A stretch of DNA of 46,264 nucleotides, taken from Chromera velia. Taxonomy: Eukaryota. The translations under genes were made by a program, and so were the position numbers. Of this stretch, positions 22,736 through 36,004 are shown one piece after another. The DNA lies in assembly GCA_018398765.1 (NCBI GenBank), contig JAHBMJ010000497.1:1-46264 (forward strand), written 5' to 3'. The stretch's first letter is position 1, and every line of letters starts with the position of its first letter. The notes under the pieces were generated by a model, which saw only the letters and a list, made by a program, of their open reading frames with translations, had not been told where the DNA came from and searched no databases.

Positions 22736-23683
22736 CCAAAGGCTCCCTCGATTCCCCCCGCCCACTTTGCACACCTGTGTGTTTGCAAGAGACAGAGCGG
22801 CCTTCTCAGCATCCCTCAAGTCTTTGAAGTATGGGTGCTTCAAAGCTTGCCTAGCAGACAGACGGTCGTCAGGGTTGTACGCCAGAAGGCGCCCGATCAA
22901 TTCGATGCACTCAGCAGTGGCGTGGGGGAGGAGTCGGGCGATTCCGCTCCCGTCCTTCTGGGGGAAATTGAAATCAATGTGGGAGGCCTTTGCCTTAAAC
23001 TTTGCTAAAACTTCTTCGGGCGGTGTTCCGAGGATGTTATGAATCTTTTGAATCTGGTCGAGTTCGTTCGTTCCAGGGAACAGGGGGAACAGCGCCATGA
23101 TCTCAAAGAACACACACCCAACCCCCCACATGTCCATCTTGTAATTGTAGTACCCGTCCGTCAACAGGCACTCAGGAGCACGGTACCATCTGGTGGATAT
23201 GTACTCAGTGTACGGTTGTTTGGAATAAATTCCGCGACAACTCCCAAAGTCAGCCAGTTTGATGACATCGTCTATCATCAGAATGTTCTCTGGCTTAATG
23301 TCGCGATGAAAAATGCCGTTTCTGTGCATGTGGTCCATGGATTTGATCAACTGCCACATGTACCACTTCACTTTACTTTCCTGCAAATAGTGCCGACGGC
23401 CTCTGATGGCTTCGTACATGTTCATGTCCATCAGCTCAAAAACCAGGGCAAGGCGCCCCGTGGGTTCATCGTAGAGGACCTCACAGAGTTTGATGATGTG
23501 AGGGTGGGGGCTCAGGCGTCGGAGCGCTTGGATCTCTCGAAGATTGTTCACCTGATCGATGGACTCAAAGTGATTCTTCATACACTTGATGGCTACATAT
23601 CGCCCTGTTTTAATCGACTGGGCTTTCAACACCTCTGAGAAAGTTCCCTCCCCCTTTTTCGAGATCAACCTGTACTTGTGCAT
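20613..23683 (-). CDS. MOK: MOK/RAGE (LF4-like) RCK-family CMGC kinase, 2 exons, ~876 aa
   Basis: Exons 23683-22775 and 22334-20613 (GT-AG, phase 0); KKGEGTFSEVLKAQ, VNNLREIQALRRL, HRDIKPEN, DFGSCRGIYSKQPYTEYISTRWYRAPE; long low-complexity tail ending KYVSPYSQK. Confidence 0.93.
22655..22733 (+). repeat. (GA)n microsatellite in the MOK intron
   Basis: Long GA run; explains the spurious SLSLSL read-through in the ORF track. Confidence 0.9.
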
Positions 23684-24628
23684 TGCGAAGGCCCACGCTT
23701 TGTGTTTCTCTGAGGGAGGGCTTCCACTTCTTGCACAAGTTCGATCGGCTGGCGCCTAGTGGTCGCCCTCAGGCGCCCCACCACATGCTCTGAACAAGAC
23801 ACAACCAACCAGATGGAGACGAAAGATTTACTGGCAAGTCGGGACGCGAGCGGAGCTTTCGAAAGGTCTTATATACAACTCTCCAGAAGCGTGGACGGAT
23901 ATTCAGTCTCGGATGAAACACCCGCTTTGAGAGACGATGGCTGCAGAGGCTTGTGCAAATGGCTGGTGTAGTGTTTATGAATTCAGGTCGACTCATTCGA
24001 TCTGCAAGTACATGCATGCATGCATATATTTCATATATGAAAAAACAATTGAAATGCACGAATAAAACAAATTAATTCGCATACAGGATTTTTCTGTATG
24101 CGCATGCCGTGGCCCATGCGGCGTGGGCCGTCGAGAGACATGCCGAGGCCGGCGAAGGGGCGTTGGATCCTGAGTTGAGTCGGGAATTTAATCAGTTAAT
24201 TCATCCAAACTCAAATTATTGCGCTCTTTTGGGCTGGAAACTCAAAAGATTTCGTTTGAAAAATTCCGCGAACTCGAAAATACCGCAGAATCAGAATGGC
24301 TGAAACTTCAAGTGTTGGAGACGCTTTTTTTGTTGCAGATGGCCCCGGAAAACCGAGACGGGTTGCAAATCCTCATAAATCCTCAACATTTTGACGGTAC
24401 TTCGCTTTCACGGACCAACTGTGCCACAGGAATTCCTGGCTTTCGTGAATCAGACTGACGCTTGTGTTCGTTCAAGCTGTGTGTTCATAGCTTGATATAA
24501 GCGTGCAGGAGGCTTGTCGAACAGATTTCTTCTCAACTTGCTTGTAAGTATGTTCTTATATGGAGATGCCATCTTGATTGGTTGTGGGTGGGGAGCTTTG
24601 GAAAGGGGTGCTGGAAGGAGTGGGAAGA
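23684..24628. promoter_or_regulatory. Bidirectional promoter region between MOK and YAK1
   Basis: 945 bp between divergent ATGs; catgcatgcatgcat at ~24011-24025; CATGCCG(A/T)GGCC at 24103 and 24139. Confidence 0.55.
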
Positions 24629-26957
24629 ATGGAGGCGTTGATGGGGGGAGATGAGCCCTCCTCCTCGGGGGGAGAACAGCCACCTCCGGAGTCGCAAGAG
24701 CCGCAGCAGCCGCAGAATAACGACTCTGTCGCTGTTGTCCAGCAGCAGTCTCCACCCGAGGAGGGCTCATCTCTGGTGAGGGAAACACACGCGAGCATTA
24801 CAGTTCCTCACCCTCATCCTCGTCATGAAGCGGTGTCGATGTGGAGGAGGGGGAGGCAACTCACCCGAGGAAACCCCACGTACAACCGTGGAATGGACAA
24901 CCAAGAACATGACTATATCGCCCATGTGGGTGATCACATTGTGAATCCAAGTGGTGTTCGATACCAAATCGAGGACTCCCTTGGTGCAGGGACGTATGGG
25001 CAGGTTCTTCTTTGTCAGCGATTGCCCCCTCAGCCTGGCTCTTCAAGGAGGCCTGGCCAGGTCGCCCTCAAAGTGATCAAGAACAGACCTCCATACTTCA
25101 AACAGGCAGTTGTGGAGGTCAAGATTCTTGATATTCTCATGCACCAACACGACCCAGATGACTCGCACAACATCGTGAGGATGGTCGACTTCTTCGTCTT
25201 TCGATCCCACCTCTGCATCGCCTTCGAGGTGCTGAACATGAACCTGTTTGAGCTGATCAAAGCCAACAACCACCAAGGCATTCCTCTCCGTGCGATTCGG
25301 ACGATCGCCTCCCAGCTCCTGCAGGCCCTCCAGGTTCTAGAGGAGGCAGGAATCATCCATTGCGATTTGAAACCAGAGAACGTTTGTTTGAGCAATGAAG
25401 AGAGAAAGAGGGTAAAGTTGATTGATTTCGGTTCCGCCTGTCCTCTCGATCAGACCGTGTTTACATACATCCAGTCACGGTTTTATCGGTCCCCTGAGGT
25501 ACTCCTCGGGCTCCCATACACACACAAGATTGACGTCTGGAGTCTGGGTTGCATTTGTGCTGAGCTGTTCCTGGGTCATCCCATCTTTCCCGGTCAGTCG
25601 GAGTTTGATCAACTCCACCGCATTGTTGATCTTCTCGGAGAGCCTCCGGAGGGTATGTTGAGGAGGGGGCAGAAGGTCCCGCAGTTCTTTCGGGTCTCTA
25701 GTGAGGACCTGGAGGTCTCAGAGAGTTGTAGCCTGCTTTCTTCAAGAAGCAGCGACAGCGGGAAGGAAAGCCCAAGTCGCCAGAGTCTGTCAGATGAAGA
25801 GAGGGGGGAGCGCGAGAGTGTAGGTAGTAGAAGGTCGGGTGAGGGAGAGGTTCCGATGGTCCCTCCCCCAGCAGAAGCAGACCATCATGGTCACGTGCCC
25901 GTCTTTTCAAGAAGTGAGGGAGAGGCTGCCCTTGGCCCTCCAGAGGATGACGATGAGTTGGAAGAGGGGGAGCATGAGGGTGTGGACATTGACCCGATGG
26001 ATGCCCAGAAAGAAGATGGGCTCTGTCTCGTTGCAGCCCCCCCTCACCCCTCTGTCATGTCAGCAGGGGCACTGGAGGTAGAAGGAGTTTTAGGAGAGAG
26101 GGCAATAGAGGGAGATGGAGAGATGGAGGAAGGTGAAATTGAGGGAGAGAGCATAGCTGACGATGAGTGTGAGGAGGATGAAGAGGGAGAAGTAGGAGAG
26201 GTCCATAGTGAGGAGGAGGACGATGGGTCGATTTTGGTTGTTCCAGGAGAGGGGGACGGAGGAACGGACGGGGGGGACGACGGTGAGAGACGTCCTCTGA
26301 CGGACTCCTTCACCTTCCAAGGATCCCCAGAGATGTCCCCCCTCTCCCTTCCGTGTGTTGCAATCAGACAACAGTACCAAGAAGGGGGGGAGCAGTACAT
26401 AGATCAGACCGCAGAGGGGGTCGAGATCAGGGCCCTCCAGCAAGGGGATACCGTTCCCCTGGTGGTAGATTCAACAAGTGAACCCGAAAAGAGCGGGAAA
26501 CTTGACCCGCCGCAGTCGTCTTTCGAAACTCAGGGTGTGGGGGAACACATCGCGGTGAGTCAATCAGATCACTTTCTTCCTTGTTGCCGGAATCACAGCA
26601 GCTCCAACGATCTCTCTCTTGTTTTATACTTCTCTCTTTCAATTCCTGGAGTCCTCTCTCCTGTCCATTTCCTCCGCTGCGATCCTTCTCTAATCCTCGA
26701 TGTGCTTTCTTTCCTTCTTTGGCTTCAGAGTCAGAGCCTCAGCGGACTCGTGTATTTGTCCAGTGCATGTCTTCTCATGAAATGATTTTCTTTTCTTGTG
26801 TTTGCTCGTTTCCCAGAACCAGAAGATTGCACAAAGAATCGGTTGCATGTCATGTTTTCATTCCTGTCCTCCGTTTCGGTTTCTCCCGCACACCTTCCTT
26901 TTTTGCTTCTTGCCTTCTTTGCTTTGGGGAAAGAAACTCCTCCCGGATTTGTGTGCA

Positions 26958-26993
<36 letters not shown>

Positions 26994-29563
26994 TGGCTGA
27001 CTGTCTGCAGGCGGATGACACAGCGACGATGCAGGGTGACGATGGGGACGGGGACCAGACCTGCATTGAGCCCTCTGCCGCCGGTTCGGCTTCTCTTCCC
27101 AGGGCGACCGCCCCTGCAACCGCGGGGGCCACTACTGACTTCAGACAGGAAAGTCAGAGAGCCTCGACGGCCTCGTCCTTTGCATTCACCGCGTCCGCAC
27201 TCTCGCGGACCGGGGGGGCTGCAGCGAGTGGCATGAGAGGACCAGGGTCGGCCGGACCTTCAAGGTGGACCCCTGGTGGGGCCCAGCAGCTGTCAGTCCC
27301 TATGAGTTCAGGCACCGGAGGTTCGAAGGGAGGATGTGGTCCGAGTTCCTCCGGGGGGGGCATGTTCCCGCCCTTCGGTTCCCCCCACTTTCCCCCCCTC
27401 TCTGCAGCTCGGGGTGGGATCGCGCAAGTTCGGTCTCAGCCTGCATCTGTGGGTAGACAAGGAGGGGGTGCAGGAGGGAGACATCATAATGTTGTGGGGT
27501 CGGGGGGTGCAGGAGGTCCCTCGGGGGGAAGTGCACGAGGGGGTTTGCGTTGGGCTGCTTCTGCCCCTGCAGCCTCAGCAGGTAATTCGTCGGCAGGGGA
27601 CGCATGTACCCCTGCTGAGCGCTCGTCTGCGGTTGGCCTTTCTCCGCCCTCCCCCAGTCCCCGTGGTATGTCGGGGGCAGAGGACAGCAGCAGGAGGGGA
27701 GAGACTGTAGGTCGGGACCCCAGGGGCGGAGGGGCAGGGGCGTGGTTGGCCGATGCCCCCGAGTCGATTGAGGGGGGAAGGGTGTCAGGAGGAGGAGATC
27801 AGAGAACGGCAGTAGATGACCTGGACGCACCCCTGCCCCCTCCGAGATCACCCCACTCAAATTCGGCCCCTCCGTCTATCTTACCTTTGGCTTTGGATGA
27901 TTGCTCGGGAGGGGCAGAGCAGGAGCAGTTTTATGGGGGAGAGGAGGATGAAGACTGTACTGTTGCGTGGGGGGGGCTGGACGGTTCTTTGTCAGGAGTG
28001 GATGGGAGGGCACACTTTTTGCCGTTAGGCACTAGGCGTCGTGCCTTTTCGCTTTCAGAGCCGGTAGGAAGAGCCCAGAGAGAAAGAGAAGAGAGACTCC
28101 AAAGACTCCACCCACAGTCCCTCCAAGGCGAAGGGGGTCCTGTAGATGGGGATCCTGAGGTGGAGGGTGAGGGGGATGGGGAGGGAGATGCGGTGACTGG
28201 TCCTCTTCCTCTGCCTTCCACCGCCATTTCGGAGGCGTCGAGGAGAGCCGCCTCGATGCAGAAGCAGCAGCAGTGTGGGCATGGGCAGGTTGTTGGAGGG
28301 ACTGCGGGGGGGACTATTCCCCAGACGACGCATGATCCTGCGTCTGTTGTGCCCCCGGGTGCGTTCCCCGGTGGCTTGGGGGTCACTCAGGCGTTGATTT
28401 TACCCCAAGAGGCTTCAGGAAGTGCAGACGGGCCTCCTCCTCCAATAGGCCACGGGGGTCTCGGGAGGCATCGGGGGAGTGAAAGGAAGTCGGGACGCCG
28501 ACATAGAAATCTTGTTGGAGGTAGAGGTACTGAGTCCGAAGGGGTACCAAATGATCTTCGTGTCGGTGTCCTTGGGGGTGAGCAGGGGGTTCCTGGAGAC
28601 GGCGGAGACGGAGTTGGTGGGGGAGTGGGGGCTGTAGCTCGGGGCTCCCCTCGAGGGGAGAGGAATCGTCACCACAGGAGGCATAGAGAAAGGGACAGGG
28701 TGGGGGTGAGAGGAGGGGGGGAGGAGCCGGCTGTTCATCAGAGAAGCAGACGGCGAAAGATTATTCGGCGGCTTCGATTCAAATTGAAGACCAGGGAGGA
28801 ATTCGAACAGGACACGAGAAAGTCAGTAAGAGATTGACAGCTGCAGACAGTATGTTGAAATTGAGTCCCAAAGGGAAAGAGGGGGGAAAGGGAGGACATG
28901 GAAGTGCTACTGTCAGTCCGGACTGTTTCGTGAAGATGCTCACTCGTGTACGCAGGATTCCAAAGATCCTTTTTAGATTTGTCTCAGTCTCCAGTGTGTT
29001 TTCAATTTCAGTTAACTCACAATGCTGTTGTTTTCTGCGTATGGCCTGAAGAAGTTGTTTGCATTGCAGTTCACCTTCTCTTCTGCTCTTGGTATTTGTC
29101 TCTGTCCGTTTCCTTTCCTTTCCCCTCTTTCTTTCTTGATCGATCGTTCAGGAGGGAGCCCTCTCCTCGGAGGTACCGCTGGCAAGTGAGCAGTCTCGAG
29201 GAGTTAACCAATCGGGTCGTGTCTCGCGGGACTGCAAGCACAGCGGCAGAAGGGTCGGATGGCAACGAGGGCTCGGTGGATGGTTCGGCAACGGCTGGAA
29301 AAGGAGAAAGGGGGGGGAACGAAAAGGGAAAAGGGGCCCAAAATGAACGCGAAAACTTTGTTCAGTTTCTGAAGGTCAGTCTGTCTACCTTTCTGTGCGC
29401 TGCTTATTCTGAAGCTGAAGCTGTCGATTACGTCCTCCCTCCCTCCTTTCCTTCTTTCCTTCTTTCCTTCTTTCCTTCTTTCCTTCTTTCCTTCTTTCCT
29501 TCTTTCCTTCTTTCCTTCTTTCCTTTCTTTCTTTCTTTCTTTCTTTCTTTCCTTCCTTCCTTC

Positions 29564-29594
<31 letters not shown>

Positions 29595-32500
29595 GTGTGT
29601 GTGTGTGTGTGTGTGTTTCTTTTCTTTCTTTCTTTCTTTCTTTCTTGACGTTGCCTGTTTTTGCGTCCTCTCGATTGTTGTCGGCCGCTGCCTGATCTTG
29701 CCCCCTTCTCTTTCTCTTTCTCTTTCGCTGTGTACCTTTTTTGAATCATCGCCCCTTGATCGATCTTCTCTTGCAGGGTCTGTTGGAACTTGACCCGGAC
29801 AAGCGGTGGAGTGCGAGGCAAGCAGCCCTCCACCCATATATTCTAAATGCAAAGTTTGCTCCTGACTACCAACCACCAGAACAGCCGCGTCTGGAGGAGC
29901 CCGGAGATTCAAGACACAGCAGAAGGGTCAGACACACACACACACACATACACACACACACAGAGGGTGGGGGGGAGGGTGAAAGATGGAGACTGTGCAA
30001 GTTTCGCCCTCGTTTAACTTCAGTGGCATTCCTCCTCCTGAGCGTCGCTCTCGTCTCTCGCTCGCTTTTCCTCCTTCACTTCTGACTGCCTGCCCGCCCT
30101 CCTGAGTGTCATCCTTGTTTGTTTCGTGCAGAGTTCCTTTCTTCCCTCTCACTTTCCACGTTTCACGTTGTTGACTTCACTTGCGAGTTTCGGGATGAGA
30201 CTTCGCTTGCTTTGCTTTCCTTTTTGCAGCGGTCTGAAAGTGAGCATCAACTGCCCGTCTCACACCAGCTCCAACACCAGCAACAGCCGCAGCAGCCCAG
30301 GTCGGCAGCACCCGCCGCAATGATGGTTGGGGTGTTGCCCCTTCCCGGAGGGGAGAGCGGAGATGCAGGGAAGGAGCGGCAGAGCGAGGATCAGTCAGCG
30401 TTCAGAGAAAAAGAGCGCGATCATGACAAACTTGCCCCGTCTCCTCCAGAGGAGGATGCTGTGGGGGGCCGCGACGGGACAGCAGCAACAGCAGCAGATC
30501 TTCAGCCTCAGCCTGATGTTGGGGGTGTGCGTGTCCACAGAAGCCGTGGTGACCTTTTTCCCGGTGCTTCATCTGCACAGCCCATGCAATCGCAGCAGTT
30601 GTCTCCTGGAACTCCTCCGGTCGGAGGACAGAGAGACAGAGACAGAGACAGGGAGGGTGCGGATGGCGGTCACGCTGTCCTGGTACCTGACCCTTCTTCC
30701 AGTGTGGTCAGAAGGCTGCGTGCCCAGGCCCAAGCCCAGGCACAGGCACAGGGTGTTGATAGGCCCAGTCTCCGATCCATCCCAGATTCTCTGATAGTGC
30801 ATGACGATGATGAAGCTGCTTCAATGCTGTTGGAAAATTACATCCGGGGAGGGAGACGGGGGACTCATGCTTGTGGGATTACACGGGCGAGGTCTCAGAC
30901 GCCCAGTGGTGGAAGTAGTGGAGTTCAGAGCCGAGAAAGCGAAAGGGATAGAGAACCCCGGGGGGGGGGGGATCAAGAACCCCTGCTGAGGGTCCGCAGT
31001 GCGTCTCCCACTGTCCACCCTCACCCTCCGTCTCCGCCCAGTGACGGAATCTCAGCGCCAGGGAGTTCGCCTTCCGGGGCCGCTGGCGATTTCTCATCGT
31101 CCTCAGCAGCTGCTGCACCGTCAGTTCCTGTCTCTTCCCAGCTGGATACCATGCGCCCCCATGTACGTGGGGTTGCTGATGGGGGGAGTTTAGGAGATAT
31201 GGTGTCCCCGGTGGGAGCCCTCCACAGAGACTTGGCGCGTGGTCAGCCACAGACGGAAGCGTCACGTCGGCAGGGCGCGCAGGAGACGGCTCAGGTCGAG
31301 CAAGGGCAGCCTGGGGCCCCTGCCCGTACAGAGGTGACCGAGATGCTGTCATGGTATAATCTCTTCAAAGAGATGGCAGTGCAGGTTGTTGCGCTAACCA
31401 GCAACCAATCAGGAGGCACAGACAGACGAGACACGGCTTCCCAACCGCCAGGAAGTGCAGCCACTGCAACCCCCGCAGCGGCAGCACCTCAACGATCCCT
31501 TCTCCGCCCGGGGGGTCCCACAGAAGCAGCAGCAGGGTCTCGATCTGTTGGGGGATCACCTCAGGCCCCTCTTCAGACTCTGACGTGTCTTCAGCCCTCT
31601 TCTTCTTTGCTTGACGATTCATCTCCACTTGGAGACCTCCACCCGCCCCATGCACAGCAGGGAGGGCAGTCTCCCTCAGCCCTTCCCATGACCACCCGCA
31701 CCTCCCTTGTTCCCCATCCGATACAGATCCCAAGGTTGGCCGGCGCCGTTCCTTCTGGAATGGGGGGAAGAGGCGGGTGGCGACTACACGGAGGAGGGGG
31801 GGGTTCGTCTTTGCCTGGGGGTCCCCCCCCACTCCGCACAAACGGAAGCGAACCACCGACTCCGTTGGTCGGCTACCATCCCTCAATGATGGGAGGGGGG
31901 GGGCAAATGGTTCCTCCAGGTGCGGGGGGGGTACAAGCTGGGATGGGGGGGTCTCTTGCCAGGGCCTTTTCCGGCCCGAGCTCCCCCCTGGGGTTATCCC
32001 GTCAGGGTGTGATCGCAGGGCCCGGAACCCCGACAACACCGGGACAAGGGCCGCACGGGCATGGAGGGGCAGGACCCCCGTTGCAGGAGAGAGCAGCTTC
32101 GACTGGGGCTGTTTTTTCGGGTGTCCATGGAGGAGGGGGGGGGGGATCAGCGATGGGGCCGCCTGAGAGTTCCCTTTCTGCTCTTTGGGACACTCATCCA
32201 GAGAGTTACCGCCCCCCCATTTGGGAGCTTGATCGAGAGAATCTGAAGATTTATATCGAATCCAAGAGACCCCCCATGCAACAGGTCTCAGGCTTGACGA
32301 TGCAGAATAGCCACCTGGCACCTTCAGACCAGCCAGGCCCCTCTGGGGGCGGGGGGACGCGTATTCCGGGAGAAACAAGAGACCCCCAAGCTGCTCGTCC
32401 GGATCTCCACTTCTTCTTGCACCCTCCTCGCCCCCATTCCGACTCATTCTCTGCCGGGGGTCCACCCGGAGGGGGTCGGGAACGTTCCCACAGGTCGAGG

Positions 32501-35500
32501 GGGGCGGTTCCCAATTCTCAGGATCCCCTCACTGGCCCGTTGGGGAGTATGGAGGGTCCAGGGGCCATCGGGATGGGTTTCCAAGGGGGGGTGTCGACGG
32601 CATCGAGCCATCCAGGTACTCCTCGAAACAGGAGGGCAAGGGGGGGAAGAGGCAGACGGTCGGGGGGAGGGTACCAAGAAGGTTCAGCAGGGGGGGGACC
32701 GCGGCTGTCGGTTCAGACCGGAAATCCTCAGACACCAGGAGCAGCCTCTCGAGGCTCGGCTCACTCCGATCAGATGATGGCAGGGCACGACCGAGAGAGG
32801 GAGTGGCAGCAGATGGTCTGGCACCATTCAGGCCCTGCTCCCTCGGGCTCAAGCTGGCAGACGCTTGGGCAGCAGCCCCAGTCGCATGGCAGTTTCACTC
32901 CCGGCACGCGGGAGTTGAATCGTTTGGCTCTTCTTGGCCAATTTGGTCGTGATGTGGGGTCAGGGTATCCTCGTTCGACTCACTCTGGTCTGTCTTTGTC
33001 CTCCCCTCTCCGCCCAGGGGCACCCGGGCCTCCGAGTCCCGGGAGTGTGTACACAGCCTCCAATTCGAATCTGATCGCTGGAATGCCCTTCGGAGCTCGT
33101 GCAAGGTTGGCAGCCTCGGGCTCCCTTTCGTTCCTCTCTGTAGGCAGCGGAGGGGGGGGCGTTGCCGCCGGAGGGGCGCAATCCAGCCGTCCTGGGTCAA
33201 GTGAGATAGGTGAGGCTGAGCGTCACGCTGTGCATCAATCATTTGGTCGGAGCCCGGGGGGGGGAGACGGAGATCGAGAGGCGGGTCCGTGGAATGAGTG
33301 GATGTCAGCCAACCGTTCCCATGGGGGTTCGGCTGGGCTTCCGTCTTCTTCTGGACAGCCTGGCCAGAGACAACAGCAGCACTATCACCCTCAACAGTCT
33401 AGTGGCGGGGGAGGGGGTTCTTCTTCTTCTGCGTGGGGGGCCTCTCACGGAGGTGGAGGGGGCGGATATGGGGGGGGATCCAACACGAGAGGAAGTCCCA
33501 AATTTCCTTCTCGGGCGTCCTCTAACAGGGCTACACCTCCCACTCCCCCCCATCCATATCAATCCCATCCAGCACTGTCTCACATCCCCCCTCCCCCCCC
33601 TGCCCCACCTGAAGGCCTTGTCAGGCCGCGAGGGGGAAGCAACAGTAGCGGCTCTTACGGTGGTAAGGTGCATCTTCGTCACAGCCCCCACCAATCGCCT
33701 GCGTCGCCAAGTGCAGGGTCCTCTTGCTCAGATTCGGCAGGAGCAGGAGGGGCGGGGGCAGGGGCGAATCAGCGGCCTTGCTCTGCCGCTGTACACCAAC
33801 AGGCAGCGCGGTCTCCCCAACTGCAACCCGGGAACCTTTCTCAGCAACAGCAGGGAGGACATGGACACTCCCCTTTCGTTGGCCCAGCAGCAGCAGGACA
33901 TAATAATAATTTTGGGTCTCAGGGACGTGCAGCAAGAGGGTCGGGCGGGGGGTTTTCTGTTCCTTCTCAACCGCTCCCACCCCCCGCAGTTCCTTGTGGA
34001 AGCAGTCGGGAGACCCCTCGTTCGACTTCTGCTAATTCGGTCAGTTCGAGATATCTGTTGACCGGCACTCCCGTCTCCCCTTATTTCTCTTTTTCGTTCT
34101 TGCGTGCTTTTCTCTTGTATGCGGTCCTTTTCTCTTCGATAGCTCGACAGCCCAACACAACTCGCTTGCGATCATGGAACTCTCTCTCTCTCTCTCTGCT
34201 TGAAGATACAGCGGGGGCATGCCCTTTCTTTCGCTTTTTTTGTCTGGCGCCCACTCATGATTTTACTTACCCCTTCATCAATTTTTGCGTCGGGTGTTCG
34301 TCTGCTCTTTCCGATCTCCTTTCACCTCTTCCCTTGCTTTCTTCTCTCCGTTCACCCCCTTTCATTCCTCTCTCCTCTTTCTTTTCTTTTGTTTTTTGTC
34401 CGCAGCCGTTCCCCTTCGAAGGCATGGACTCGTCGCAGCAGAGCCAAAACCGGGGACCCTCTCTGCGTTCCCACGCCGCGAGCATGATGTCGAAATCGTC
34501 TCCCTCTTCACAGCAAGGAGGGGGGGGGAGGGCCTCTCTGATGCTGGACCCTGCTGGCGAGGGCTTGTACATCCACACTAGCGCCCATGCAGGTGGAGGG
34601 CACATACACGCTGTGGGAGGACATCCGCAGGGAGGGGGAGGGGCGTCCCGCATGCACTCCCCCCTTTCGACCTCATGTTCCCACACGCAGCCCCCCAGTT
34701 CCCCCACCACGTCAGATCACCAGGGACACGGATTGCTCGAATTTGGACCCAGCAGCACAACCGCAAGCGCAGGCACAGGAGGGAGGTATTCCCAGTCGCA
34801 GGTCCGCACACCCAGCCACGGGTCGCCCGCACTCAGTGGGGGTGCGCCGATCGCACGAAGCAGCCAGCAGGAGGGGGGAAATGTGGGGAGTACTTCTGCA
34901 CAGCAACCCCCGAGTGAATCGGCAGCAGGCTCTGGGACTCCCGGTCTGTATTCACGGGGGTCGATCGGGGGATCAGGAGGAAAGGGTCCACGGAAGCTTT
35001 CCGTCGGCACGGGGTCCTCCGGTGCCGCTGGTGGGGGTGCAGCAGCAGGGATGCAGACAAGCCCTCAGGCTGAATCCGAAGGGATGACGGCAGGAGACGG
35101 CGGGGGGGACTTTCAAGACCTCGGGGCAGGGGCCAGTGCGATCTCCCCCACAGAGGGCAACGCTTCCTCTTCCGTTTCCCCAGCGACACTCCCACAGTCA
35201 CGATCGGGAGCCGACGGGGGGCCATCTCGAGGAGGGGGCCCACGGGGGGATGCGGTAGCTCCTGCTGGCGACAGAGGAGGGCTGACAAAAGGCAATAAGT
35301 TCATGTCTTTCCAGCGTCAGCCGAACAAATCCGACTTCCGAACGATTTACGCCTCCCTTGCCTCCTCAGGTCCAGTCACGGCCCTCCGCCCCGGACCGTC
35401 GCAACCCCCCCAACAGCAGCAGCAGCAGCAAGGGGGCACACAGCAGCAACAGCCCTCCGCCGTCTCATCGGCAGGAGGGGGGACCAACCAGCAGCCGACA

Positions 35501-36004
35501 ACCCCCACTTCCAGCCAGCCTGCTGGAGGCGGGTCAGGGTCCCTCACGAGCGTCGCGTCGCCTTCTTCTGCCGTTCCGTGCATGCCGGTCACCTCTGCAT
35601 GGGGGCAGACACAACCCCAGCAGCCACAGCACCAGCCTGGCATGCAGTCGTCATCACACCGGATGATGTCCCAGCAAGGGCCCCGGCAAGGAGGGATAGA
35701 GTCCCGTGGGTCTGCTTCTTCGACTTCCGACGGGGGCAGTTTCATAGACAGCCTGCCCCTTTCCGCAGCCCCCGCCCCCGCGTCTGCATGGGCGTCTGAA
35801 AAAGACTTCAGGAGTGCAGCAGGGGATCGCGGTATGGGTAGCGGCAGTGGTTCAAGAGAGAGGGACGGGGGCAGTAGGGGATCAACGGGCCAAGCAGCAG
35901 GCGGGTACGGAGGTAGGGGGTCTCACAGACGGACAGACAGAGACAGAGACAGAGAGAAGGACAGTGCAAAGGGAAAGGGGAAGCCGAAAGGTCCTGGTAG
36001 TTAG
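24629..36004 (+). CDS. YAK1: YAK1-subfamily DYRK kinase, 6 exons, ~3,170 aa, with a very large insert in the kinase C-lobe and a low-complexity tail
   Basis: Exons 24629-26554, 27011-28821, 29152-29374, 29777-29926, 30230-34039, 34406-36004 (GT-AG, phase-consistent). DH-box NRGMDNQEHDYI, LGAGTYGQV, KVIKNRPPYFKQ, HCDLKPEN, DFGSAC, TYIQSRFYRSPE; subdomain XI GLLELDPDKRWSARQAALHPY lies in exon 4. Confidence 0.85.
29445..29645 (+). repeat. (TTTC/TTCC)n plus (TG)n compound microsatellite in YAK1 intron 3
   Basis: Pyrimidine tetranucleotide array. Confidence 0.9.

Noticed and set aside
22430..22774. C-terminal SLSLSL extension of the 417-aa kinase ORF
   Set aside because: Read-through into a GA-microsatellite intron; donor at 22774
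29204..29912. Lys/Glu/Arg-rich minus-strand ORFs
   Set aside because: Translations of the intronic TTTC microsatellite
30119..36004. 1961-aa ORF as a stand-alone gene
   Set aside because: It starts within intron-like pyrimidine sequence at a non-ATG codon and splices in phase to the kinase exons at 30230
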